Assembly (NCBI GenBank): GCA_023415915.1
Contig: JAEZIZ010000096.1
Span: 217-64,216 of the forward strand
DNA: 64,000 nucleotides
Direction of reading: 5' to 3'
From: Bacillota bacterium
Lineage (GTDB): Bacteria > Bacillota > Clostridia > Christensenellales > SZUA-584
In this document: one piece after another, positions 1 to 9,730 of the stretch
Position numbering within the stretch: position 1 is the stretch's first letter
How the letters are laid out: the number at the start of each line of letters is the position of its first letter
Position numbers and translations under genes: made by a program
Notes under the pieces: generated by a model
Seen by the model: only the letters and a program-made list of their open reading frames with translations
Told to the model about the DNA's origin: nothing
Database searches by the model: none

Positions 1-82
1 ACGGTATATAAAAGCGGCAGCCCGAAAACGCTAATCGTTCTCCGGGCTCACCGCGATCGGTAACCTTATACCGGATAACGGG

Positions 83-1111
83 CTATCTGCTGACTCGCCC
101 GCTTCCGTCTCCGCCCATCAGTTTTTCTACGTCCGAAAGCTTTACCCTGTTGTAGTCTCCGCCTATCGAATGTTTCAAGCAGCTTGCCGCAACCGCAAAT
201 TCCAACGCATACTGCTTATCCTTATACTTAGCAAGCCCGTAAATGAGCCCGCCCGCAAATGCGTCGCCGCCGCCTACCCGGTCGATGATATCGCTTATAA
301 TATATTTTTTTGAAACATAGAATTTATCCCTGTCGTTCAAACATGCGCTCCAGCCGTTGGTATCCGCGGATTTGCTTTCCCTGAGTGTTATCGCTATCAT
401 CTTAAGGTTCGGAAACGCTTCCAAAACCTTGTCGCCCAGCGCTTTGTATTTATCTGTATCGAGCGAGCCGCTTTCAACGCTTACATTGGCGTTTATTCCA
501 AGCGACTTCTGACAATCCTCTTCGTTGGCGATGCCTATGTCCACGTACTTTACAAGCTCGCTCATCACTTCTACCGCCGTTTCGCCGTACTTCCACAGCT
601 TATTGCGGTAGTTGAAATCGCACGACACGGTCACGCCGTGCTGCTTTGCCTTTTTTACTGCCTCCAGCGACGCCTCTTTTGCGTTTTTGCTGATAGCGGG
701 AGTGATGCCCGAAATATGAAACCACTCCGCTTCTTCGAATATACCGTCCCAGTCGATTTCGCCTTTTTCTATCAATGCAATCGAAGACCCAGCCCTGTCG
801 TATATCACGTTGGACGGCCTTTGGTTCGCGCCGTTCTCCAGAAAGTATATTCCGACCCGCCCGCTGCGCCGCACGATCTTTGTCGTGTCAACTCCCAGGC
901 CTCTTAATTCTCTTATGCATCCGTCTGCAACATCATTATTGGGCAGCGCGGTGATAAACTGCGCGTCGAGCCCGTAATTTGCGAGCGACACCGCGACGTT
1001 CGCTTCGCCGCCGCCGAACGTCGCCTCTAATAGCGGAGACTGAAACAGCTTCTCATGCCCCGGAGATTTCAGCCTCAGCATTACTTCCCCGAACGTTACA
1101 TACTTACCCAT
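83..1111 (-). CDS. kdgK: 2-dehydro-3-deoxygluconokinase (PfkB family)
   Basis: 342-aa ORF. N-terminal FGEVMLRL...[15 protein letters not shown] and C-terminal [16 protein letters not shown] ribokinase-family motifs. AGGAGG SD upstream. Directly downstream of eda. Confidence 0.9.
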   Translation of the reverse strand: MGKYVTFGEVMLRLKSPGHEKLFQSPLLEATFGGGEANVAVSLANYGLDAQFITALPNNDVADGCIRELRGLGVDTTKIVRRSGRVGIYFLENGANQRPSNVIYDRAGSSIALIEKGEIDWDGIFEEAEWFHISGITPAISKNAKEASLEAVKKAKQHGVTVSCDFNYRNKLWKYGETAVEVMSELVKYVDIGIANEEDCQKSLGINANVSVESGSLDTDKYKALGDKVLEAFPNLKMIAITLRESKSADTNGWSACLNDRDKFYVSKKYIISDIIDRVGGGDAFAGGLIYGLAKYKDKQYALEFAVAASCLKHSIGGDYNRVKLSDVEKLMGGDGSGRVSR

Positions 1112-1120
1112 CGTTTCCTC

Positions 1121-2077
1121 CTACTTCTGCAGCAGATGAACTGCAAACCCGCCGAATTCGTTCTCGAGATACACCGCGACTTTTTTCCCGTTCTTTTCGG
1201 TCAGCGATGACATATCGGCTCTAACTCCACGTTTATCGAGGTAATATACCGCCCTGTCGATATTGTTTGTGCGTACCGCGATATGCCCGTTTGCTCCCTT
1301 AAACTGCTTATTCATTACTTCAAAAAACGCTCCCGCGAAGTTGGAACTGTTGCCTTCCTTTACGCTTACGCCAAAAGCTTTGGCGAGCTCGTTCGCAAGA
1401 GCCAGCGACACTTCTTTGTTGTCCATGTTTATGCCTATATGGGCAAGCTCAAACCCCAGCAGCGCGTCGATGGATTTTTTGACGGTTTCGGTTATGTTTG
1501 CAAAATTGCCGTCGGCCATGTCTTTCTGGCTGCACAGCCAGCCTCCGCCTATCGCATGGATGTAATCCTTATCGGCATATTCGGCAAGGTTGCCTAAGGC
1601 TACGCCGCCCGTGGGTATAAACTTTACGTTCCTATACGGGCCGTGCAACGCTTCGCAGGCCTTTACGCCTCCGTATATGCTTGCCGGGAAGAATTTTAAT
1701 ATATTGACGTCAAAAGAAAGCGCGTGATCGATTTCGGTGGGCGTTACGCATCCGGGCGTAACCAGAATGCCGTTATCGAGGCAATACTTTACCACATCGT
1801 CGTTAAAACCCGGGCTCACTATAAATTCGCAGCCTGCCTGAACCGCCGTTTTTGCCTGCTCAACAGACAGCACCGTACCCGCGCCCAAAGTCATCCATGG
1901 ATATGCCTGCTTTATAATTTTCATCGATTCTATAGCGGCCTGCGTCCTTAACGTGACCTCCATCACGGGCAACCCGCCTTCCAACATGGCTTTTGCGGCA
2001 GGGAGCGCGTATTCTGGCTTGTCGAACACAGCGACCGGAATAAGACCGATATTGCCTAATTTCTCGCTGAGATTCAT
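1121..2077 (-). CDS. eda: KDPG/KHG aldolase (Eda) fused to a ~110-aa C-terminal extra domain
   Basis: Start moved to MNLSEKL (GGAGGT SD 7 nt upstream). The first ~205 aa align with the island Eda paralog (IPVAV...MEVTLRT...GAGTVL...FIVSPG...PG..TPTE...KFFPA...FIPTGG). The C-terminal part (GFELAHIGIN...GHIAVRT...FAVHLLQK) has no counterpart in the paralog. Confidence 0.85.
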   Translation of the reverse strand: MNLSEKLGNIGLIPVAVFDKPEYALPAAKAMLEGGLPVMEVTLRTQAAIESMKIIKQAYPWMTLGAGTVLSVEQAKTAVQAGCEFIVSPGFNDDVVKYCLDNGILVTPGCVTPTEIDHALSFDVNILKFFPASIYGGVKACEALHGPYRNVKFIPTGGVALGNLAEYADKDYIHAIGGGWLCSQKDMADGNFANITETVKKSIDALLGFELAHIGINMDNKEVSLALANELAKAFGVSVKEGNSSNFAGAFFEVMNKQFKGANGHIAVRTNNIDRAVYYLDKRGVRADMSSLTEKNGKKVAVYLENEFGGFAVHLLQK

Positions 2078-2280
2078 AATATTACCTCCGTATATTTGAT
2101 ATCGCAATTGCCAGAAAAGCCCTCCGGCTTTCCCGGGGATTCCGATAAGTATTGACGGCTCATGATGTACAGCGAAGTATGCTTTTTTAATTTAAAGTTA
2201 TGTAATGACCTGTTGCTTGTCTCGGCCGCCGGCGCGGCATATAGTCGTTATAAATTGGGCAATCTGAAGTTTAGCTGCGG

Positions 2281-2961
2281 TCAGTTGATCATTGGAGTGA
2301 AATAGTCTTTCAGCTTTGTAAAAATCAAGCTGCCGAGTCGTGTAACGCCGCCGAAAAGATGCTTCTGCATCAATGGCCGTATGGCCGTAGTATCGCCGTT
2401 CTCCAGCGCCTTAAGAAGCGCTTCGTGTTCTTCCACTATCTGATTGAAGTTTTTTATCTCAACGATATCGAGCATCCTGAACCGGGTGTAATGGCAGTCG
2501 GATTTTTGTATGCATTCCCACAGATAATTCTTCCGGGTAGCCGTAAACCAGATCTCGTGCAGTTGACTGTCGAGCTCATAAAACTGGCTTGCGGTGAAGT
2601 CTTCGCTTTCCAGAAGCCGCTTAACAGAGCTTAAGTTATGGCGTATCTTTTCGAGATCGAGCAGGTTGCAGGTTTTTATGAAATCCTCGAGCACGAACGT
2701 TTCGACGGCCATGCGCTGGTATATTATCTGATTGATTATGTCAAAATCCATCAGCGTGACCTGCGTCCCCTTGTAAGGCGTTATGTTGACAAGCCCGCAA
2801 AGCCTTAATTCCTGTAGTACGCTTCTTATAGGAGAGCGGGAAACTCCAAAGCGCGCGCAGAGTGCGTTCTCGCTGAGAAACGTTCCGGGTTTTATTTTCA
2901 ATGTGATTATTTCATGTTCAAGTATACGGAAAATATCTCTGCTGGCATAGTTGTCGCCCAT
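2281..2961 (-). CDS. GntR-family transcriptional regulator (FadR/FCD-type C-terminal domain)
   Basis: N-terminal winged-HTH pattern (LSENALCARFGVSRSPIRSVLQELRLCGLV) followed by a helical effector domain. Start set at MGDNY because AAGGAGA lies 7 nt upstream. Confidence 0.85.
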   Translation of the reverse strand: MGDNYASRDIFRILEHEIITLKIKPGTFLSENALCARFGVSRSPIRSVLQELRLCGLVNITPYKGTQVTLMDFDIINQIIYQRMAVETFVLEDFIKTCNLLDLEKIRHNLSSVKRLLESEDFTASQFYELDSQLHEIWFTATRKNYLWECIQKSDCHYTRFRMLDIVEIKNFNQIVEEHEALLKALENGDTTAIRPLMQKHLFGGVTRLGSLIFTKLKDYFTPMIN

Positions 2962-3041
2962 ACGTCTGTCTCCTTTATTCTTACCCCCAAAAAGCATGGG
3001 AGCGATCGCTTAAGAAACTTACTTTTGATGGACGCATAAAG

Positions 3042-3443
3042 CTTGTATACAAAAAAAATATGTGGATACAAGTATGATGCTCGTATTAAGTTTAGCGCAC
3101 AGAAAATGTGCTGTCAAGCAATAAGATGCTTTATTATACGCATATCTTATAAACACGACTTTGTATACATGCACAGAAAAGCAAGCTGCAGAATTTTGCA
3201 GACAGAATGATATATAGGCGCAAAACCCTGCTGAAACGGCGGAATTCGCGGCAATTTGCACCATCTTGTATTCAAAATTTAAATGTGTATACAAGTCTGT
3301 AATATTATGCACCCATAAAGTAAAAAATATCTTGACATCCCTATTTTGCTCTGTAATAATGTGAATACAAGCTAAAATTTCAGTTACATAATTTATACTG
3401 CTTATCGTTTACACTTCAGCGCGTTTACTTGCATTGTATCCAA
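3042..3443. promoter_or_regulatory. Array of six TGTATACA-type palindromic operator candidates in the GntR/TRAP divergent intergenic region
   Basis: TTGTATACAA at 3043-3052 (perfect 10-bp palindrome), TGGATACAAG ~3063-3072, TTGTATACAT 3161-3170, TGTATACAAG 3286-3295, TGAATACAAG 3362-3371, TTGTATCCAA 3434-3443. The GT-n-AC core is typical of GntR-family sites. Confidence 0.55.
3332..3360 (+). promoter_or_regulatory. Sigma-A-type promoter of the TRAP-kduID operon
   Basis: TTGACA (3332-3337), 17-nt spacer, TGt-AATAAT extended -10 (3352-3360). An operator-like GTGAATACAAGC starts at 3361. Confidence 0.55.
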
Positions 3444-3522
3444 ATTAAACACGGTTCTTGGAAAGCGAATACGGCAAATTGCCTTGCTGTATTTTAGCAA
3501 ATAAACTAAAAGGAGAGTAAAT

Positions 3523-4620
3523 ATGAAGAAAGCGTTAATACTGATTCTTTCGCTGGTTTTTGTATTTGGCATGGTTTCCTGCGGCGCGCCGCCCGCTTCG
3601 CCCAGCGCTCCCGCGGAAACTTCACAGGCTCCGGTTGCCGAAAGCCCTTCACAAGCTCCGGTTGCCGAAAGTCCCTCGCTTGAGCCCGTCGAACCTGTAA
3701 ATATCATACTTGGCCATTTCGGCGCGCCCAATGAACCCGTTAGCAAAGCGGCTGAAACATTCAAAGCCAAGCTGGAAGAGCTGTCAGGCGGCAGTATGAC
3801 CGTAGAGATCCATGGCGCCAGCGAACTGGGCAATGCCCCGGAAATGGCAGAGCAGACCCGCATAGGCGCTATACAGGCCTGCCTTGTTTCCCAGGGAACT
3901 CTCGACAAATTCGACCCGCGCTACGCTCTGGTGACGGCGCCGTATGTGTACAGCGGCTATGCTCACGCGTATGCCGTTGTAGACGGGCCTTTCGCGGAAT
4001 GGGTAGGCGACGGCGTGCTCGAATCGAAAGGTCTGCACAACGTAGGGCCGTGGGACTACGGTTTCCGCAACCTGACTAATTCCGTGCGCGAAGTAAAAGT
4101 CCCCGCAGACGTTAAGGGCTTAAGGATCCGCACTCCCCAGGAAGTTCAAAAGGTCGCCTGCTTCGAGGCCTTGGGCGCTGCGGTTCAGCAGGTCGCTTTC
4201 AGCGAACTTATAAGCGCTCTAAAGCAGGGCACTGTTGACGGACAGGAGAACCCGATCTCCACCATATACAACAACAGCATGTGGGAAGCGAATCAGAAGT
4301 ATTTAAGCCTTACGCGCCATACATGGGAAGCCGTTAACCTGACCGCATGCAATTCCTGGTGGAACGGCCTTAGCGACGAACAGAAGAAGTTTATCGAGGA
4401 AGCCGGCGCGGTTGCCCGCGATCAGATGCGCGACGAAGTACAAAGCAGCGAACAGGATTATATACAGAAGCTTAAGGACGAAGGCGTTACCGTTACCGAA
4501 GTGGACCTTGCCGTATTTAAGGAGGCAATGGAGCCTGCGTGGGCGCGTGTCGCCGAATATGAAGGCAGCACCGAAGACATGGATAAATTCCTCAAGATGG
4601 TCGAGGATGCAAAACCTTAA
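3523..4620 (+). CDS. dctP: TRAP transporter substrate-binding lipoprotein (DctP family)
   Basis: Signal peptide with lipobox (LVFVFGMVSCG), a Pro/Ala/Ser linker, then a DctP-like body. AAGGAGA SD. Followed by the DctM and DctQ genes. Confidence 0.85.
   Translation: MKKALILILSLVFVFGMVSCGAPPASPSAPAETSQAPVAESPSQAPVAESPSLEPVEPVNIILGHFGAPNEPVSKAAETFKAKLEELSGGSMTVEIHGASELGNAPEMAEQTRIGAIQACLVSQGTLDKFDPRYALVTAPYVYSGYAHAYAVVDGPFAEWVGDGVLESKGLHNVGPWDYGFRNLTNSVREVKVPADVKGLRIRTPQEVQKVACFEALGAAVQQVAFSELISALKQGTVDGQENPISTIYNNSMWEANQKYLSLTRHTWEAVNLTACNSWWNGLSDEQKKFIEEAGAVARDQMRDEVQSSEQDYIQKLKDEGVTVTEVDLAVFKEAMEPAWARVAEYEGSTEDMDKFLKMVEDAKP
3622..3675 (+). repeat. 27-bp tandem duplication (x2) inside the dctP linker
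   Basis: tcacaggctccggttgccgaaagccct / tcacaagctccggttgccgaaagtccc. Encodes SQAPVAESP twice. Confidence 0.9.
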
Positions 4621-4724
4621 ACATATTGCCCCAATGGGATCCCGGGCGAATGGCCTTAGCCTTGAGTATAAGCCGTTCGCCCTTCCCGATTTTTTATACA
4701 AGGTAACATAAGGAGGTCCTCCTG

Positions 4725-5999
4725 ATGATCGCATTAGTTTTGTGCGTACTGCTTATCGTGGTTATGCTGATAGGCGTTCCGGTAGCCGTCGCGATGGGCG
4801 CTATCAGCGCGGGCGCGTTTGCCTCCATGGGCTTCACGGATATTTTGGCGGTAATGGCGCAGCGCATATATAACGGCACCACCGGCTTTACACTGCTGGC
4901 AATACCGTTCTTCATACTGGCCGGCAACCTGATGAATACCGGCGGCATCACTACCCGCATATACAATTTTGCAAACGCCATGGTCGGTCGGTGGCCGGGC
5001 GGCTTGGGGCAGGTGAACGTATTAGGCAGCGTAGTGTTCGCCGGCATGTCGGGAGCCGCGGTGGCAGACGCCGCGGGGCTCGGCTTAATAGAAATAAAAG
5101 CGATGGACGACGCCGGATACGACCATACGTTCAGCGCTGCCATTACGGCGGCTTCATCCACTATAGCTCCCGTAATACCGCCGTCGATACCCTTTGTTAT
5201 TTTTGCCTCCGTAACCGGCGTATCGGTACCCAAGCTGTTCGCCGCGGGCATAATCCCGGGATTGCTGATGGCTGTATCGATGTGCGTTGTGGTCTATATA
5301 ATCTCAAAGCGCAGAAAATTCCCCGTAATGCCGCGAATGCCGTGGAAACAAAGGCTGACGTATCTTTGGAAGGCCATACCCAGCCTGATGACCATAGTCA
5401 TTATAATAGGCGGTATTTGGACGGGTATTTTCACCGCTACCGAGGCGGCTATAGTGGCTTGCGTATATGCGCTTATTCTTGGCCTGATATATAAGGAGCT
5501 CGATAAAAAATCGCTGGGCAAAATAGTGCACGACAGCATCATCACCAGCTGCAAGACTCTTTTCATAATCGCGATTGCCAATTTCCTCGCGTATTTCATG
5601 CTGCACCAGCGCATACCGAACCAGGTTATAGAAGGGCTTATGACCGTCTCTGCCGATCCTAACGTGCTCATACTCCTTATGATAGGCGTCCTTCTTATAC
5701 TTGGCTGCTTCCTTGAGGGCGTATCGGTGATACTTATCACTGTTCCGGTCTTCCTGCCTATAGTGGACGCGATAGGAATGAACTATATACAGTTCGGCGT
5801 AATAATGGTACTGGCCTCGATGATCGGCCTTTTGACCCCGCCAGTGGGCATGAGCCTTTACGCGGTATGCAGCGTGGCAAAAGTGAGGCTGGGAACGCTG
5901 TCAAAAGCGGTGCTGCCCTATGTTATCGGCATTCTTGTAGTGCTGCTTATATGCGCTTTTTGGCCGGATCTCTGCCTGTGGCTGCCCAGCCTGATTTAA
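4725..5999 (+). CDS. dctM: TRAP transporter large permease (DctM)
   Basis: 424-aa polytopic membrane protein with DctM-like glycine-rich helices. AGGAGG SD. Confidence 0.85.
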   Translation: MIALVLCVLLIVVMLIGVPVAVAMGAISAGAFASMGFTDILAVMAQRIYNGTTGFTLLAIPFFILAGNLMNTGGITTRIYNFANAMVGRWPGGLGQVNVLGSVVFAGMSGAAVADAAGLGLIEIKAMDDAGYDHTFSAAITAASSTIAPVIPPSIPFVIFASVTGVSVPKLFAAGIIPGLLMAVSMCVVVYIISKRRKFPVMPRMPWKQRLTYLWKAIPSLMTIVIIIGGIWTGIFTATEAAIVACVYALILGLIYKELDKKSLGKIVHDSIITSCKTLFIIAIANFLAYFMLHQRIPNQVIEGLMTVSADPNVLILLMIGVLLILGCFLEGVSVILITVPVFLPIVDAIGMNYIQFGVIMVLASMIGLLTPPVGMSLYAVCSVAKVRLGTLSKAVLPYVIGILVVLLICAFWPDLCLWLPSLI

Positions 6000-6009
6000 G
6001 GAGGACGTT

Positions 6010-6540
6010 ATGCTGAAAGTACTGAAAAAAGCCGACGCAATTCTTGCGAAAGTACTGCTCTGGCTCGTAGTCGTTATGTGCATCGGTATAGGCGTGATAC
6101 TGTTTGCGCGGGTTATCATACGTTTTGCGCATATACCCTTCCCTATGGCCTGGTCTGACGAAGTTGTCGCATGCATGATGGCCTGGATGATATTCTCAGG
6201 CGCGACGCTTCTGTTCCGCGCCAAAGACCATTTCCGTGTGGACCTGCTGCAGGATAAATTCAAGGGCAAAAGATGGCTTAGCGCGCTGAATGTGCTGATT
6301 ACGCTGACGGGCATAGCGTTTTTCGCCGCGCTGCTGTACTATTCGATACTGCTTGTACAGAGCGCCGACTGGCCTCAGCCCATATTGAAGTTTTCGACGC
6401 GCCTGCCTTACTCGAGTATGCCTGTCAACTGTTTTCTGATACTGCTGTATCTGATACGCGACATAGTAACGGAGATTAAGGAACTGGTCGCCCGCCGCAG
6501 TCCGGCGGCAGCAATGGACGAGAAAAGCGAGCCGGTTTAA
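6010..6540 (+). CDS. dctQ: TRAP transporter small permease (DctQ)
   Basis: 176-aa protein with 4 predicted TM helices, encoded after dctM. AAGGAGG SD. Confidence 0.75.
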   Translation: MLKVLKKADAILAKVLLWLVVVMCIGIGVILFARVIIRFAHIPFPMAWSDEVVACMMAWMIFSGATLLFRAKDHFRVDLLQDKFKGKRWLSALNVLITLTGIAFFAALLYYSILLVQSADWPQPILKFSTRLPYSSMPVNCFLILLYLIRDIVTEIKELVARRSPAAAMDEKSEPV

Positions 6541-6541
6541 T

Positions 6542-7384
6542 ATGGATATTCGATATTCTTGCAATCAGCGCGATTTTAAGCGCTATACAACCGATGAGAT
6601 ACGCGAAGAATTCCTCATCGAGAACTTATTTGAGCCTAATAAGTTAAGCGCGGTATACAGCCATGTCGACCGCATCGTCGTAATAGGATGCATGCCGGCA
6701 GGCAGCAGCATACCCATAGACAAAGGGATAGACGTTTGGGCTAATTTCGGCACGCAATATTTTCTTGAGCGACGCGAGGCCGGCATTTTCAATATCGGCG
6801 GCGGCGGCGTTATACGCGTAGACGGACGTTCATACGACCTGGATTATAAAGACTGCCTATACGTTACGCGCGGCGCCCGCGAGATAATATTCGATTCAAA
6901 CGACTCCGAGTCGCCCGCCAAGTTCTATGTGGTCAGCGCTCCTGCCCACCGGAGTTATGAAACCAAGCTGATTAAAATAGCGGACGCCGCCAAGAAGCGG
7001 TTAGGCTCAACGGAAACGAGCAACAGGCGGGTAATAAACCAGTTCATCCATCCCGACGTGCTTTCGACCTGCCAGCTTACGATGGGTCTTACCGTGCTCG
7101 AACCGGGCAGCGTTTGGAACACCATGCCCGCTCACACTCACGAACGGCGCATGGAAGTATACATGTATTTCGAAGTGCCCGAGGACCATATGGTATTTCA
7201 TATTATGGGCGAGGGACGTGAGACGAGGCACGTAGTAATGAAAAACGAGCAGGCGGTAATAAGCCCGTCATGGAGCGTACATGCGGGCGCGGGCACGTGC
7301 AATTATTCGTTTTTGTGGGCAATGGCGGGAGAAAACCTTGCTTTTGACGACATGGACGTCATTCCGGCCTCGGTGCTGAAATAG
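6542..7384 (+). CDS. kduI: 5-dehydro-4-deoxy-D-glucuronate isomerase
   Basis: 280 aa. KduI-like N-terminus (MDIRY...HVDRIVVIGCMP) and cupin His cluster (HTHERRMEVY...SWSVH). Confidence 0.9.
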   Translation: MDIRYSCNQRDFKRYTTDEIREEFLIENLFEPNKLSAVYSHVDRIVVIGCMPAGSSIPIDKGIDVWANFGTQYFLERREAGIFNIGGGGVIRVDGRSYDLDYKDCLYVTRGAREIIFDSNDSESPAKFYVVSAPAHRSYETKLIKIADAAKKRLGSTETSNRRVINQFIHPDVLSTCQLTMGLTVLEPGSVWNTMPAHTHERRMEVYMYFEVPEDHMVFHIMGEGRETRHVVMKNEQAVISPSWSVHAGAGTCNYSFLWAMAGENLAFDDMDVIPASVLK

Positions 7385-7395
7385 AGGGGGTTGTC

Positions 7396-8193
7396 ATGGT
7401 AACACCGGATTTTAGACTGGACGGTAAGATAGCGCTTATCACAGGCGCCAGTTACGGAATAGGCTTTGCGATAGCCGCGGCATATGCAGATGCCGGGGCA
7501 ACAATAGTTTTCAACGATATTAACGAGGAGCTCGTAGAAAAAGGGCTGTCCGCATATTCGGAGCTCGGCATAAAGGCTTATGGATATGTCTGCGACGTGA
7601 CGGATGAAGCGCAGGTAAACGTATTAATAGAACGTATAGAAGCGGATGTGGGCGTCATAGATATACTTGTAAACAACGCCGGCATAATAAAGCGCATACC
7701 GATGTGCGAGATGAGCGCCGAAGAATTCCGGAAGGTCGTTGACGTAAACCTTACCGGAGCTTTTATAGTATCCAAAGCCGTGATTCCCGGTATGATTAAG
7801 AAAGGGCACGGCAAGATAATAAACATGTGCAGCATGTTGAGCGAGCTTGGCCGCGAGACCGTTTCGGCTTACGCGGCTGCCAAAGGCGGCCTTAAGATGC
7901 TTACGCGCAACATATGCAGCGAATACGGCGCCGCCAATATTCAGTGCAACGGCATCGGGCCGGGTTATATTGCCACGCCGCAAACCGCGCCTTTAAGGGA
8001 GCGCCAGCCGGACGGCAGCCGTCACCCCTTTGACCGGTTTATTATCAGCAAAACGCCTGCCGGACGCTGGGGGACGCCGGAAGACCTGACCGGTCCCGCG
8101 GTATTCCTTGCTTCCGAAGCGTCTAATTTCGTCAACGGCCATATATTATATGTTGACGGAGGCATACTTTCCTACATAGGACGGCAGCCGTAA
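7396..8193 (+). CDS. kduD: SDR oxidoreductase, KduD-type 2-dehydro-3-deoxy-D-gluconate 5-dehydrogenase (or gluconate 5-dehydrogenase)
   Basis: TGASYGIG cofactor motif, NNAG, S...YAAAK catalytic tetrad. Adjacent to kduI. Confidence 0.75.
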   Translation: MVTPDFRLDGKIALITGASYGIGFAIAAAYADAGATIVFNDINEELVEKGLSAYSELGIKAYGYVCDVTDEAQVNVLIERIEADVGVIDILVNNAGIIKRIPMCEMSAEEFRKVVDVNLTGAFIVSKAVIPGMIKKGHGKIINMCSMLSELGRETVSAYAAAKGGLKMLTRNICSEYGAANIQCNGIGPGYIATPQTAPLRERQPDGSRHPFDRFIISKTPAGRWGTPEDLTGPAVFLASEASNFVNGHILYVDGGILSYIGRQP

Positions 8194-8229
8194 GCAAAAA
8201 AGTTGGGCACTAACCGGCATAATGATACT

Positions 8230-8272
8230 ATGCCGGATTACGTCAGCTCCATCGACAATCCGGCATGTTTTT
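8230..8272 (+). terminator. Candidate rho-independent terminator after kduD
   Basis: ATGCCGGATT ... AATCCGGCAT stem followed by GTTTTTG. Confidence 0.45.
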
Positions 8273-8294
8273 GTGTCATCAGCGGTATTTGAAA

Positions 8295-9542
8295 TCAGGT
8301 ATTAAAGAAGTTCGTTCTGAATTCTTCGTACTCTTTCGCTACTCTGTTTTGATTAGCCAGGCATGCCTGCCGTAAGCTTATATAGTTCTCGACAGCCAGG
8401 CCGGCTATTTTTTTATCGAGCACTCCGTTATCGGCCATATTAATAAGCGCAGATATCGCTTGCTGCTGGTTCATTCCGGTCCTGTATGGCCGTTCCTCCG
8501 TTACTGCCGTAAAGACGTCGGCTACAGCCATTATTCTGGAGCCTATAGACAACTTCGAGCCGTCGATACCGAATGGATATCCTTTCCCGTCCATTCTTTC
8601 ATGATGCAGGCACGCAATTTCGTTTATGGCTTTAAGCTGATGTATCTGGTCTAAAATCCTGTAAGTATAATAGGTGTGTTTTTCAATAGCACTTCGCTCT
8701 TCAGGAGTCAGCGGGCCGTTTTTCTCCAATACTTCACCCGGTATAGCCAGCTTGCCTATATCATGAAGATAACCCGCTATCTCCAGTAAAAAACACTCGC
8801 GAGCCGACAGATTGCAAAGCTTTCCCAAGTGTTTGGCAGTCACCGCAACGCCGCTTGAATGCGTAGCTGTAAACTCGCTTCTAAAGTCTATTATCATCGA
8901 AAAAAGTTTGGAAATATCCAGAAGCATATCGTCGTTGATATAAATATTTGAAGCTCCAATGCGGTCGGATATAATTCTATTAATGGAAGGCAGAGACAGC
9001 TCTATCCAAAAAGCGTTGCTGTCTGCGGCTTTAATAAGCGCCTCCACAAACTGCGGATTGAAATATTTCCCGGAATACTTTTTTATATGTCCGAGTATTT
9101 CGTCTTTGTTGTCTATATCGTCGCCTGTTAATAATACGGCTGTCCTGTCTGCCAGAAAGAGTATATTGCTTTCAACCGGAATTGATTTATTATATTCGCT
9201 CCACTGAAGATGATGATACCGAATAATCTTTGCCGCTTCTTTTAAAGGCTTAAACGTATTAAGCAGCTTGTACCCTCTTTCCTGGTGCTCGGCTTGGGAA
9301 TTATTCTCAAATTCCAGCATGTCTATTCTTTCTTTCAGCGATATCGCGCCAATGTCATGCAAAGCCGCCGCTATTGTCAGCGTTCTGAGCTTCTCGGATT
9401 GTAGCTTGAGTTCTGTGCCAATTCTGTAGGAAATATATGCGGCTCTTTGATGGTGCTTATTCAGCACATTGCTTATTAAATCGACTGCTTCGGAAAGTCC
9501 AATAACCAAATCGAATAATGATATCTCTATTGCTCTGAACAT
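8295..9542 (-). CDS. Tandem HD-domain protein: degenerate N-terminal HD domain plus C-terminal HD-GYP domain (putative c-di-GMP phosphodiesterase)
   Basis: First domain has AALHDIGAI and HH but no GYP. Second domain has YLHDIGKLAIP ... HHERMDGKGYP. Confidence 0.8.
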   Translation of the reverse strand: MFRAIEISLFDLVIGLSEAVDLISNVLNKHHQRAAYISYRIGTELKLQSEKLRTLTIAAALHDIGAISLKERIDMLEFENNSQAEHQERGYKLLNTFKPLKEAAKIIRYHHLQWSEYNKSIPVESNILFLADRTAVLLTGDDIDNKDEILGHIKKYSGKYFNPQFVEALIKAADSNAFWIELSLPSINRIISDRIGASNIYINDDMLLDISKLFSMIIDFRSEFTATHSSGVAVTAKHLGKLCNLSARECFLLEIAGYLHDIGKLAIPGEVLEKNGPLTPEERSAIEKHTYYTYRILDQIHQLKAINEIACLHHERMDGKGYPFGIDGSKLSIGSRIMAVADVFTAVTEERPYRTGMNQQQAISALINMADNGVLDKKIAGLAVENYISLRQACLANQNRVAKEYEEFRTNFFNT

Positions 9543-9730
9543 GATGTCCTCTTTGCTGTATATATTGCTTTATCGAATAAACAAAATTATTTTAACTTCT
9601 TCATACTATTTTCACAACGTTTCTTTTAGCCTGCTGCATTAATTATATCGGGTTATTTGACTATAAAGTTAATAGAAAAGGAGCAGCAATTATACTGCCC
9701 CTTTTAGTTACCCTATGCTACCTTAAGCTC

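Noticed and set aside
3019-3908. ORFs 3019-3312 (97 aa) and 3402-3908 (168 aa) in and next to the GntR/TRAP intergenic region
   Set aside because: The first sits in AT-rich promoter/operator DNA with no SD. The second is antisense to the dctP 5' region and overlaps its promoter. Both are better explained as non-coding.
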